From Camelus dromedarius (Eukaryota), in assembly GCF_036321535.1 (NCBI RefSeq), contig NC_087436.1, forward strand, positions 50,904,001 through 50,968,000: DNA of 64,000 nucleotides, in the 5' to 3' direction. The stretch's first letter is position 1. Each line of letters starts with the position of its first letter. Of the stretch, positions 40,223 to 51,408 are shown piece by piece. Both the position numbers and the translations under genes were made by a program. The notes beneath the pieces are model-generated. The model saw nothing but the letters and a program-made list of their open reading frames with translations, was not told the origin of the DNA and did no database searches.

Positions 40223-40696
40223 TGTGAAAGAAAAACCGGGCTGGTCTAACAAGATAACTCACAAATCTAGGAATGTGAAGGAGAGGCTGGGCTGGGCTAA
40301 CAAGATAACTCACAAATCTAAGTATCGAAATACTGATCTGAGTTCTGGACTAACTTGTAAATGTAAGTTAATTAGTGTTAGTTTCCTGTTCATTTTTTTT
40401 TTTTTTTTTTTTTGCTAGCCAGCTGGATTTTCAAAGAGATATATCTGGATTTGAAATGTTGGTTTGCTGCCTCCCCGCCTCCACTTTTGTGATGATAATG
40501 CTGCTAAAGCTGTTCCATGCCTATTGGCCAAATACCCCAAGCTTGTACTTTACCCTGTAAAACCTCATGCGCACGCCTTGGAGGTGCTCAGAGCTTCGGA
40601 GCAGAAGCCCCTCTGAGCCCGCCGGCGTAATACATCTGAGTACTCCAACCCTCCGAGTGGTGCTTGTTTCTTGACTGGCCTGTCATTTCCATAACA
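40223..40696 (+). mobile_element. ERV1-class solo LTR inside L1
   Basis: TG...CA termini, perfect 4-bp TSD ttac (40219-40222, 40697-40700); GC box, inverted CCAAT, TGTAAAA box, AATACA polyA-like signal. Confidence 0.88.
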
Positions 40697-41340
40697 TTAC
40701 CTCTTCCCTTCCAGCTTGGATACCTTTTTTTTTTTCCCATTAAGCTTGCTTGCTTTTTTTTTTTTTTTTTGAATAGACCTTATTCTTTTAGAGCAGTTTC
40801 AGGTTCACAACAGAATTGAGCAGAAAATAGTGAGTGTGCACATAGCCCTCCCCACCCACACGTATATACTCCCCTACCCTCAGCCTTTTGTTTCCTTGCC
40901 TGCGCGCTGCGGCTAGGCCTCCCGATGCTGTGCTGAACAGCAGCGCTGAGAGCGGACGCCCTTGCCTTGTTTCCGGGCTCAGCAGGGGGGCTTTCAGCCT
41001 CTCAGCATCGCGTGCTGTGCTGGCTGTGGGCTTGTCATAGGCGGCTTTCATTACGCTGAGGCATGTTCCCTGTGTACCCGCTCTATTGAAAGCTTTTATC
41101 GTGAATGGATGTTGAATTTTATCAAATGATTTTTCTGTGTCTACTGCCATGACCGTGTGTTTTTTTTCTTTTGTTGATGTGGTGTATCACATTGATTTGT
41201 GTGTGCTGAACCGTATTTGGTACCCTGAAATGAATCCAACTTGATCATAGTGTATGATCCTCTTTATGTTTTGTTGGACTCGATTTGCAAATATTTTGAG
41301 GATTTTTATGTCTATATTCATCAAAGATATTGGCCTGTAA

Positions 41341-41407
41341 TATATATATGTGTGTGCGTGCGTGTATATATATATATATATATATATGTATATGTATTTT
41401 TTTTTTT
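41341..41407. repeat. (TA)n-(TG/CG)n-(TA)n microsatellite followed by a T tract
   Basis: Read directly from the sequence. Confidence 0.9.
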
Positions 41408-43624
41408 GTAGTGTCTCTCACTCCTGTGGAAGGGCCTCTGCAAGTTAATTATTCTCCAGTTTGTGGGTTGCCCACCTAGGGGGTAATGGGGCCCAATCAT
41501 ATGGTGAGGACGCCCCTCCTACTGTCCACTGTGGTTCCCTCTTTATGTTTCCAGTTGAAAAAGATCTTTTATCTAGGTTCCAGTCTCTTTTTTCGATGGT
41601 TGTTCAGCAGTCAATTGTGGTTTTGTTGTAATTGTGAGAGGAGGTGAGCTCATGGTCCTACTATTCTGCCGTCTTGACTGGAAATCCCAAATGTCTTTTT
41701 TTTTTTTTTAAAGTGGGGGGAAGAGGTATTGGAAATAAATGAATTTGTGAGGGAAGAATAAATTAATGAATGGATATAAATATATGCTGACAGCTCTTTA
41801 TAAAAGGAGAGAAATGTGCTGCAGACACATTGTTTCTGTAAGAGAATAGTAACCTGCAAAACGTCCTTGCACAGTTCGCGCGTGGCACTGAGGTTAGGCA
41901 TTTCCACCATTTTAGTAGGTGTGTTTTGCTGCATTTGCTGGCATGGAGTCTGATGTACTTACTCTTGGCTTTGGGTTTCTGAGAAGGCTTTCCTGGTAGT
42001 AGTTACGCAGACATTAATAGAGAGAATGGAACGACCAGGATCACTTCCTTCTGCTGTGTGGTTGCAAAGCACATTCCAGAGAGTGAGATAAGCGTTCAGT
42101 TCCCAGGATTGCATCTTCCATTTAAGAATGAAGAGAACAATAAATATGATAATTTTCTTAATCACATTCGCTGTAACTCTTTGTCTTTTTCCTCTCACTT
42201 GACTTTGGGAAGTAGGACGATTTTGTTTTCTGTTGGAATGAATGTGAGCTGCAGTGCAGGGGAAATCAGAGATGTTGCCCAAGCATTCCTCAGGTGACTC
42301 AGACCTGAGACAGAAGGCTATCCTCTGGGGCTGCCTCTGGCTCTCAGATTTGAAGCTGCTATCGGATTCAGTTCCGTGTGGTAAGATTCAGGGAGAGAAA
42401 CAAGGAGGCGTTGTTTGTGTGGGAAATTCAAAGCATCTCAAAATATTCATAGGTTCTACCTGTGAATGCGGTCTCATCAATTCAATGAGTGCATAAAATT
42501 AGAAGGGTGACGGAGAAAAGGCATTTAGTAGTGTTTCCAAGTGAAGGGAAGAGGTCCTGTTTTCTGACTGACTCACTGGAGAGTGTAAATCAGGGTGATG
42601 TTATACAAACTCTCAAAGTCACAGAACAAACCAGTGTCTTGAGACACATTTATATTCTGACTCTAAAGACTGTTTAAGAACGTACTCATTCATTTACTGG
42701 GCGTTTAGTAAGGAGCACTGAGCAGGCACTTGGCCTTGTCTCTGGGGTTGTTGCAGTGAAAAAGGCAGACAAGTCTCTGCTGTCGTGGACTGTTCACTGT
42801 AGGGGAAGCAGACAATATGCAAGTAGACAGATGAGTCCATTTCAGTGACAAGTCCTTTAAGGTGAATGTGACAGTGGTACTGGGAGTAACGTTAGATACG
42901 GCCATCTTGTTAAACACTTCAGGAAAATTTTTTTGTAAGTTTATAATAAAAGAAAAAATTGCACTTAAGAAAGGCGTTATAAGACTGTCACTGTAATTGA
43001 GACATAAGGAAGGAAAAGCACAAGACCAGCTGGGCAGCGAGGCTCGGCTCTGAACTTGTAACCAAAAGCTGAGGAGTGCTACCTGCATGACATCTTCGAG
43101 CCCTTGAATAGGGGCTGAATAACAAGTGGGCTTTGCAGAAGTAAGGGCCTCACATCACTGTGTCATGTTTTATAACTGTCTCTTTCTCTTTATTTTTTTA
43201 CGTAGACGTGGGTTACTGATCCTGCCATGCAAAAAAGAGTTTGCAACGATGACGGAGCTGAACTCTTTAGGTCAGGTCTCAGCTTTTGCACGGATTTTTT
43301 GAGCACCAGCTTGTGCCACAGCACGCAGTGTATAAGCAGTGAGTGAGTACAAAGGGTGACAGACAACACTAAAGTAGCTTAGAAACCTAGAAGTGGGATG
43401 TCAGGATCCTGGAAATTTCTGGTTGAGAACTAGTACTCATTCCTGTTTCATAATGTGTGTGGGAACAAACCTCTTGTTCTTATTCTGTTATTGTTACTCA
43501 TTATGGCTTTTGTAAAATTTCCTGGATCCTCGGAGGCAGTTCACATATGCCCAGTGGTTGGAGCAGACATGATTGGCAGGCCGTCCTACAGCTGTTTTCT
43601 CCTCTTATCTGCAGTTGAGGTGGC

Positions 43625-43970
43625 TAGGCATCCAGCCCCAGGAACTGAATCATAACTGGTTACACTAATCCTATTCTCCTTTGCCGGTGATTGGTCTAGG
43701 GTTAGGCATGTGACCCAATTCTCTCAAATGAAACATAAGGTGTTACTTAATGTGGGGTTGTAGAGGGGGAGGTTTTTTCCCTTGATAAGAAAGAGATCTG
43801 AGGAGGAGCCGTCTGCTGTTGGCTGAAGTTGAGAAGCTGTTGTGTGAGGAGATACTTGGAGCTGCTGCAGCCTTCTTATGACCTTGAGGTAACATTGACA
43901 CAGGGAGGATGTCAGAGATGTTGAACTGCTGGACTAACCCTGTAATCCTCTAACTCTGTTATTATAAAAA
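43625..43970. mobile_element. Old MaLR LTR fragment (MLT1J/K/L-like)
   Basis: gtgattggtctagggttaggcatgtgacccaattct and ggagctgctgcagcc motifs. Confidence 0.6.
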
Positions 43971-44569
43971 ACAAAACAAAACAAAACTACATCTTAGTTA
44001 CTAAATCTGTCTGTACATATGGCGGTAATAATAATCTTACCTCATAGGTTCGTGGTGAGGACTACATGAGATGGTGCACAGATATTGATAGCACACAACA
44101 ACTATTCAACAAATGTTAGTTATTATAATTATCATTGCCTCTGTGTTAAGTCATCAAAGGAAGCCTAGGGAGGTGGGCAGGACTGGCACCTGCTCGGGCA
44201 TTGGGTGATGGTTGGAAGCAGCATCATCCAGGGGAGCCCATGTGAGTGAGGGGTCAGCAGTGGCACCTGGAAGGGGAGAGGGGAGGACCTTGTCTTCTTA
44301 GAGCCGTAAGCTCCTCACCCTGCCTGGTCATCCTGAAGGTACAATTGTAGAAAGTGTGGTTCACGTCATACACAAGCAGATGATTTTGCTGGCCCAAATG
44401 GTGTTTTAAAAAGAGAGATTACTAACTTTTTAAAAAGGCAAGATTCCATGGCAAATTTAGATCTGTCTATCTCCGGTCATCTTGGAATTGATATTAAGGA
44501 AAAAAGACAGCCTCTGTTTGTTTAATCCAGAGTCAGGAGTTCTGGTTGTTTAATCAAAGGCTTTCAGGC

Positions 44570-44850
44570 GGACAGAGGCGTGGGCTTGGAGGTGAGACAT
44601 AGCCCAGCCTTGGGCGGGGCCGTGTGGGCTCGGACTCTCATACTGACCCTCTGATATGCAAGTTTGGCTCAAACACGTACTGAACCTGGACCAGTCACCT
44701 AACTTGTGAGCCTCAGTTTCCTTATTTTTAAGACAAGGTTAATAGTAATCACTACCTCATAGAGTTGTGAGGATTAAATAAAATAGAGACTATATATACA
44801 CGATGCCTAGGATGGGTAGAGAAGTCGTAAATGCCGGCTTATGATGATTA
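44570..44850 (+). mobile_element. MIR SINE
   Basis: agtcacctaacttgtgagcctcagtttccttattttta...acctcatagagttgtgaggattaaat. Confidence 0.7.
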
Positions 44851-45337
44851 TTACTCAAGAGTTGCAGTCTGCTGTGGCTCTGGCTGGAGAGAGTGATCAG
44901 GCCTGGGGGTCTTACATTTTCCTTGTCAAAAGAAAAGGAACAATTGAAGTCTTCTCTACTATGGGAAAATAGTCATCAGGTTTCTGTGACCTGCGTTGGA
45001 GGAGAAACATTCGGGCAGTAAGCCGAGAAAATTTCTAAATTTCCTTTTTTATTTTGGTAAGCCACTGTCCAATTTTACTGACGCCAAAAAGTTGAGTAGC
45101 AGGAGGCAGGCCAGCTGCTGGGTGACTGTGCAGAGTTCTGCTCCTTCCAGCAGAGGCCTCTTGTGCACAGGAAATGAGGCTGGTGGTGGCTGGAGGGGCC
45201 ACCCCGGGCCAGGACACCCGTTTCCCGGAGGCTTCCCCAGAGCAGGGCAGGGAGGGAAGAGCTTGTGGGGCGTCCACCCCCAACCCCTCAAGGCCTCAGA
45301 GGACCGGATGCCAGTGCCCTGGAATGCTGGATCTTTC

Positions 45338-45455
45338 TTGAAAGAGAGAGGTGGTGGTGGGGAGAGAAGAAAGAAGGAAGAGAGGGATAGAGGGAGAAAG
45401 GAGGGTAGGGAAGGAGAAAGAGGGAGAACGGGAGGGAGGGAAGAAGGATGGGAGC
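45338..45455. repeat. GA-rich polypurine low-complexity tract
   Basis: About 115 nt that is almost entirely A/G on the + strand. Confidence 0.85.
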
Positions 45456-47217
45456 AGCTTTGTTTAAGCTCTGATTTCTCCTTGGGCTCCAGGGCTCAGA
45501 GGCAGAGCACCGAGAGCCTGATCACGAGGGTCAGACCTGCAGAGTAACCTTTTCTGCTCTCTGCCTTGTGGGTTTATTTCATTTCTCTTCATCTTTGCGA
45601 TTTTGGTAAAAAGGTGGCATCTGAATGATTTTTAATCTTAACTGAATTGCTATGAATCCATGAACACTTGGCACAAAGCCTCCAGGATAGCTGATGGATG
45701 GGGCAGGAATCCAATGAACTCTTAAAAGGCACCATAGCAGAGAGCAGTAAGGAAAGGACTGAAACCGTGAGTTACGGCATGACTTGAGAGGAATGACCTT
45801 GAGGTTCTGCATAGGAAATGAGGAGGGTCTTCCCTGGTCCAGCATGGCCCCCTTCTGTCTAAGGGGGTGAATGTGTGGGTGTTGGGTGATTCGCTGCCCA
45901 CACATTCTTTCCTGGAGCTTTAAACCTAGAGTTCCTTTGCCTTTTTGGAACTGAAATGGTCCCTGGTGCATACGCTGTGTGCATATGTTGCTCGTCATTC
46001 AAGATGTGCTTTTGGCGAGGTAGGAAGGCATTTGGGGCCAAATGGTGGCTTTGACCTTCCCAGTTTTGATCTGGGAAGGAGAAGACAAATGAGGACTGCT
46101 TTGGCGTCAGGCTGACCTGCCCAGTCGTCTGTGAGTGTATAGATTCTTCCTGAGCTTGTACGTCCCCATCTGTAGGGGAGGTGGTCGCCCGGGCCTGCGA
46201 TTCCAGGCAGGGATGGGCGAGGTGCAGGGGGTGGCACTTAGGAAGGAGACAGGAATGATTGTCTTAGGCAGCGCTGCTCCAGTGGCAGGACCTGCCTGCC
46301 TATGGTCGGTCTTCATGGGGATATGACTGCTGGTCCTGTAGCCTCTCTGGGCCAGGCTGTGCTTCAACTATGAGGCAGGATTCCACATCGACACGGTGCC
46401 CCTCGGGCAGCATTTTGGAGGCCCTGGATTGAATTGTTGGTGGAAGGGAAGGGGCAAAAGGAAACAGGCAGAACCAGGCAGGGTGTTGAGAAGCTTCTAA
46501 GGGCCCCAACACCAAAGGAGAGGAGTGAAGACGAAGGAGGATGGGGAGAGAGAGAAACCCAGCAGGACTCTTGTGGCCCCTGTAGGGTCCATCTGCAAGA
46601 GCTTGTGCGAGGGCCACATACACTGACGCTGCCGAGTCCTTTGTTGATGGGACGCCGGTTTCCCGCGGCTTTGCCAGCCGTCAGTGCCTGTGTGCGGGCA
46701 GCTTCACCTCCCCTCTCCTGGGCGTCTCTGCCACCTTCCCTCTCAGAGCAGCCGTTTGCTCTGTGATTGGCCGCGGAGTGAGGCCAAGGAGCACAGTGTG
46801 AGCGTTGAAGGCCAAGTCCAGCCCTCACTCTTTACGCTGGACTGAGGACCCTGGGCACATCAGCGTCGTTGTCTTTCTGTGGAAAATGGCAGGAATTAAC
46901 TGCCCCCACGCTTTTTACCTCTTAGGTTGTTATGAGAATAAATATTTGAAAATCTTTTGTAAATAACAGCATTCATGTTTAAAAGTTTTGGTTTTGGTTT
47001 TTTCAGGTTCTTTTTTTTTCAAAATTACCAAAGGAAATTTATTTCAAAAGCAAAAGCGAACATTTTCATTTGAACAAAGTGACAAACAGGTGTCCTGCCA
47101 AAGGGAAAAGTTCATGGCATGAAGTTTCTCATTTAAATTTTTGAAGCAAAAAAATCTTAAGTTGTAAATTCTTGCCTTAGGAAAGGGAAGGGAAATTGCA
47201 AAATAGTTTTCTAAAAA

Positions 47218-47845
47218 TTTATTTTAATTAATTAATTGAAGTATAGTCAAGTACAATGTGTCAATTTCTGGTATACAGCATAATGTTTCACTCATATATA
47301 TACATATATTTGTTTTCATATTTTCATTATAGGTTACTATAAGATATTGAATATAGTTTCCTATGCTATACATAAGAAATTTGTTTTTTATCTATTTTGT
47401 ATGTAGTAGTTAATATTTTCACATCGCAAACTCCCAATTTATCCCTTCCTACCCCCTTTCCCCCAGTAACTGTAAGTTTGCTTACTATGTCTGTGAGTCT
47501 GTTTCTCTTTTGTGGGGAGATTCATTAGTGTCTTTGTTTTTCTTTTTTCTTTTCTAGATTCCACATATAAATATCATATGGCATTTGTCTTTCTCTTTCT
47601 GACTTACTTCACTTAGAATAATGACCTCCAGATCTATCCATGTTGCTGCAAATTGCATTATTTTATTTTTTTATGGCTGAGTAATATTCCATTGTGTAAA
47701 TATGCCACAACTTCTTTATCCAGTCATCTGTCAATGGACATTTAGGTTGTTTCCATGTCTTGGCTATTGTACATCTATCTTTTCTAATTTGAGTTCCCTC
47801 CAGATATATGCCCAGGAGTAGGATTGCTAGATCATATGGTAAGAC
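47218..47845 (-). mobile_element. Young 5'-truncated L1 3' end
   Basis: LPYDLAILLLGIY...[33 protein letters not shown] (ORF2 C-terminus). Confidence 0.92.
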
Positions 47846-50769
47846 AGTTTTGAAATGAGAAAAAAAAATCTCTCTTCTAGCCATAGAATGGATCTAGCAA
47901 CGTGGCTGTCTAGTATCCAGCATCAACTCGTAACCCTCCCTGATCTGACACCATCGTACGCGAAGTGTCATCTCATCATTTTCAGTAGCACCTCTGCTTC
48001 CTGGGGTCCTAAGGAGAAAGCCTGGGAGAAGGGATTGCTAGAATTCTGTTTCATCTGGTATTCTTCCAGCCAGGAGAGAATAGTATTTCCCCAAGGATGA
48101 ATTTCTGCCCCTTTTCCGTTCATCTGAAAAATGAGAATCAGGGCCCTGCTAGTTCTCTGTAGATCACAAGAAGGATGAACTTGCCTGTCCCTTTCCTTCA
48201 CGTGGGATCCTAAGGGCCATGGCCCGTTGAAGACCCTCAACCTTAGCATCAGTGTACTCAAGGTCTCATGTTTAAGGGACTACAGACCATGGAGGCTGGA
48301 GAGCCAGGGGTGGGTAGGGGTGGTGGTCCTGAGTCAGAGCAAAGGCAACGAGGCCTTGGTGTGGTACCTCTCCCCCATCCGACCTGATCTAATACCCTTG
48401 GTCATCTCTGAGGAGTTCCTTAGGAGAACCTGTGACTTCATTCTTACAGCGTATTTTCCCTTCTTAATCCTGGGACATGATTTTGACTTTGGTGATGGCT
48501 ATTTGCCATTGCAGGTGACTTTCAGAGTGAGTGAATGTTTGCACACAAGTTGGAACTAGAAGGAACTTCGGGTTCAGCCTCCATCCCTTAGGTAAGGAAT
48601 TTTGATTTGTGCCAGAGACTGGGAACTGTTCATCAGATGTTCACCCAAAGCAACCCCCCTCCTAATATTGCAAACAAAAATAGATCACCCACATGGTCTT
48701 CCTGCTCTTAATGGGGCTGTGGGACTAAAGTTTTTCTCCAGTGCAATGTGAGGGAGGAAGGGACCCATTCTGAATGGCCCCGTGTACTCCTCTGTGCTCT
48801 CCCTTCCAGCTGACTGGGACCATCACCCCCAGCAAGACCTTGGGAGCCAAGGGTTGGAGGAAGAGTCACTGTCAGCCTGGATCCCTTCATGACTAACTGG
48901 GAGAGAGACACCTTACTCACCCCCATCCCCTGGCTGCAAGTGTGGTTTATTTAAACACATTACTGGAGTCAGGAGATCCTGTAGTTAAAATGCTTTATGT
49001 GTGCCTTGGTTTCCTCATCTGTAAAATAGCACCAAAGTCCTTACTTCACAGAGGTTTTGGACAAGTAATATGGAACGATGAGTGATGACCACTCATTGTA
49101 GTGCCTGGCATTTGGCAAATGCTCAAGAAATCGTGGCTGAATACACGTCTCCGTTCCTGGAGGGTGGTTGTGATATCTCAGTGACATACTCATTTTGGAA
49201 AGAGAGATCAACATGGAAGCTTGCTGCTGGAAGTGAGAAGATGCTGTCTCAGCCCCTTCCTCCTGCTCATCCCGAGGAGCGTGAGCAGTTTGTGGACCTA
49301 GTCACTTGTCCTAGGTGATGAAAGCAGCCTATTGTAGACACGGTGGGATCCATGATAATGGAGAATTCCATCCATTTAATTTCAAGCCCCTCCTCAGCGT
49401 CTCCCCCAACCCCAAAGCCAAGTGATGATCCTAGGAAACCGCTGGACGGGAACCTGTGTTGGTATTTAAACGAAACAGCAGCCACAGTGAGGATACAGGG
49501 AGGAGATGCTTTCACAACATGGCTGCTTAAAAAGAGAAGCCAACGTGGATGATTTACTTAAGTGATCTTTAAGATCTCGTCTAACTCTGAGTTCTGCGAT
49601 CCTTAAGAAAATAAAAGAATTGTAGTTTCATCTTGACTCCTGTGCCTCTCTAAGTCCATTACCCGGGGAAGGACAACGCAAAGCAAAAACAAATCCCCGG
49701 AAAAACAAAATAAGGAGGAGAAAAGATGTAACCCGAGCCTCTGGTCCATGAATAATTCATATGTAAGCATCTTAGCCTGTTACTGGGGGGAAAACTAAGT
49801 CACATTAACATTTAAGCAACAAAGCTTTGTGGTGATACTCGGGGTTCACTTTGCATTTTGCCTGGGGTACATCACGACTGCCATCTTTGTACAGGTGCAT
49901 ATGGATGTTTTTCTTTCTCTTTAAAATATAGGACTTCAGAGGGTTTCAGACCTGGTTAAAGAATAACCCGTGGAATCAGATACACCTGGATTTGAATCTG
50001 TGGTAAGTTGGTTAATATGCAGATTATCTGTTTCCTCATTGTAAAATTGGGGTTAAATATGTACCCTCTAGGGCTGACTTGAAGACTATCACCAGAATCC
50101 ATTACAGCAAAGGGGCTGGCATGTAACAAATGCTCAAATCCGCCTGGCCCCTTCCCCTCTTTTCCCGCTAAGATGCAGAAGGTCTGGTTTGCAGAGCTGC
50201 CCTCCGTGGCCCACGGCGACTGGGACTGTCCACACTACGTCCGACCACGGCAGGGGACGCGGGCTGGCAGATGAGCAGCAGCAGGGCTTGCTGCGGCCAG
50301 AAAGGGAAGACTGCTGATCCTGGGAAAGACCCCGTTGTGCTTGCAGAGTATAGAACGTTCGAAAGATAACTAAGGTTCTGAGGACGCTATTTATAAACGG
50401 CTTCCTGCTGAGAGACAGGCTTTCTGGGAAGGTTTATTTCGGGCCCATTGTAGCTGTCCACCTGTCTCCCGCATGCCTTCTGGCATTTATCCCCATCGGC
50501 TGGTGCAGAATGAAAGACACTCCTCCCTCAGAGGCACAGCCAGCCTTGGTAGCCTTTTCGTCCAAGCACCACGCAGAGGGTCAGGCCAGCACTGCGACCT
50601 GGGAGCAGAAAGAGGAAGTTTCTGGAACAGAATAGAAATAGGGCTTCTTATTGAAGAAGGGGAGTGTTATTTTTGGTCTGGGTGTGAACTGCTTCCTTGT
50701 TTCTGTTGGAGTCAGCTTCTCTTCAAAGTGACCTTTCTAGTGTGGGAATTGTCGGGCTAGAGACCTGGG

Positions 50770-51255
50770 GATGGCTACAAACCACCCCACACCTGGGGCT
50801 TAAAACATCAGCCATTGTTTAATTTACTCATGAGCCTGCCATTTGGGCAGGGCTCAGCAGACCAGGGTCTCCCCTTGGGCAGCATCAGCTCAGGAGCTTG
50901 AAGGCTACTCAAGTGTGACTGGCTGGCATGCTCTCAAGGCTTCACTCACTCACACATCTGCCGACTGCTGCCCGGTTGATGCCAGCATTGGCTGGGACCT
51001 CAGTGAAGGCTGTTGGTCAAACACCTGACATGGCCTCATGTGGCTTCTCCACATGGCCACTTGGCTCCCTCAAAGCATGGTAACTGGGAGAGACCTGACC
51101 CAGGAGGACTGGGCCGAAGTTGTATTGCATTTTCTTACTTAACCTTGGAAGTCACTTAGCATCACTTCCACCCTTGTCACGGGCCCGCCTTGATGTACAG
51201 GGAAGGGATGTAGGTCCCTCCCCGCAGGAGGAGGAATGTCGGCATGACTCTGTAA
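50770..51255. mobile_element. MaLR LTR (MLT1G/H-like)
   Basis: caaaccaccccacacctggggcttaaaaca...tttgggcagggctcagc...ttggaagtcacttagcatcacttcc. Confidence 0.7.
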
Positions 51256-51408
51256 GGCGGGGGACCTTGTGGCTGCCTGGAAAATAACCCTTTGCCGCAG
51301 AGAGGAGCTGGTGGAGGAGTGGAGGTATGGCCTGCTGTTGGAGAATTAAGGCGATGCAGAGCTATGCTTTTTTTCACTTTAAAAATACAACTTTCAAAAA
51401 CTGGAATA

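Larger units (their letters stand above)
39146..41688 (-). mobile_element. Originally full-length L1, now internally deleted and carrying nested insertions
   Basis: 13-bp TSD aaatgtctttttt at 39133-39145 and 41689-41701; 5' end CAAGACGGC (YY1-like); RT motif LSLFADDMI. Confidence 0.9.

Noticed and set aside
44996..45547. 183-aa plus-strand ORF
   Set aside because: TTG start, and the length is inflated by a GA-rich low-complexity tract lacking T.
50322..50333. kB-like sites (also 14870, 25318, 42421) suggesting autoregulation
   Set aside because: Each has a mismatch to GGGRNWYYCC, they are not clustered, and near-matches are common.
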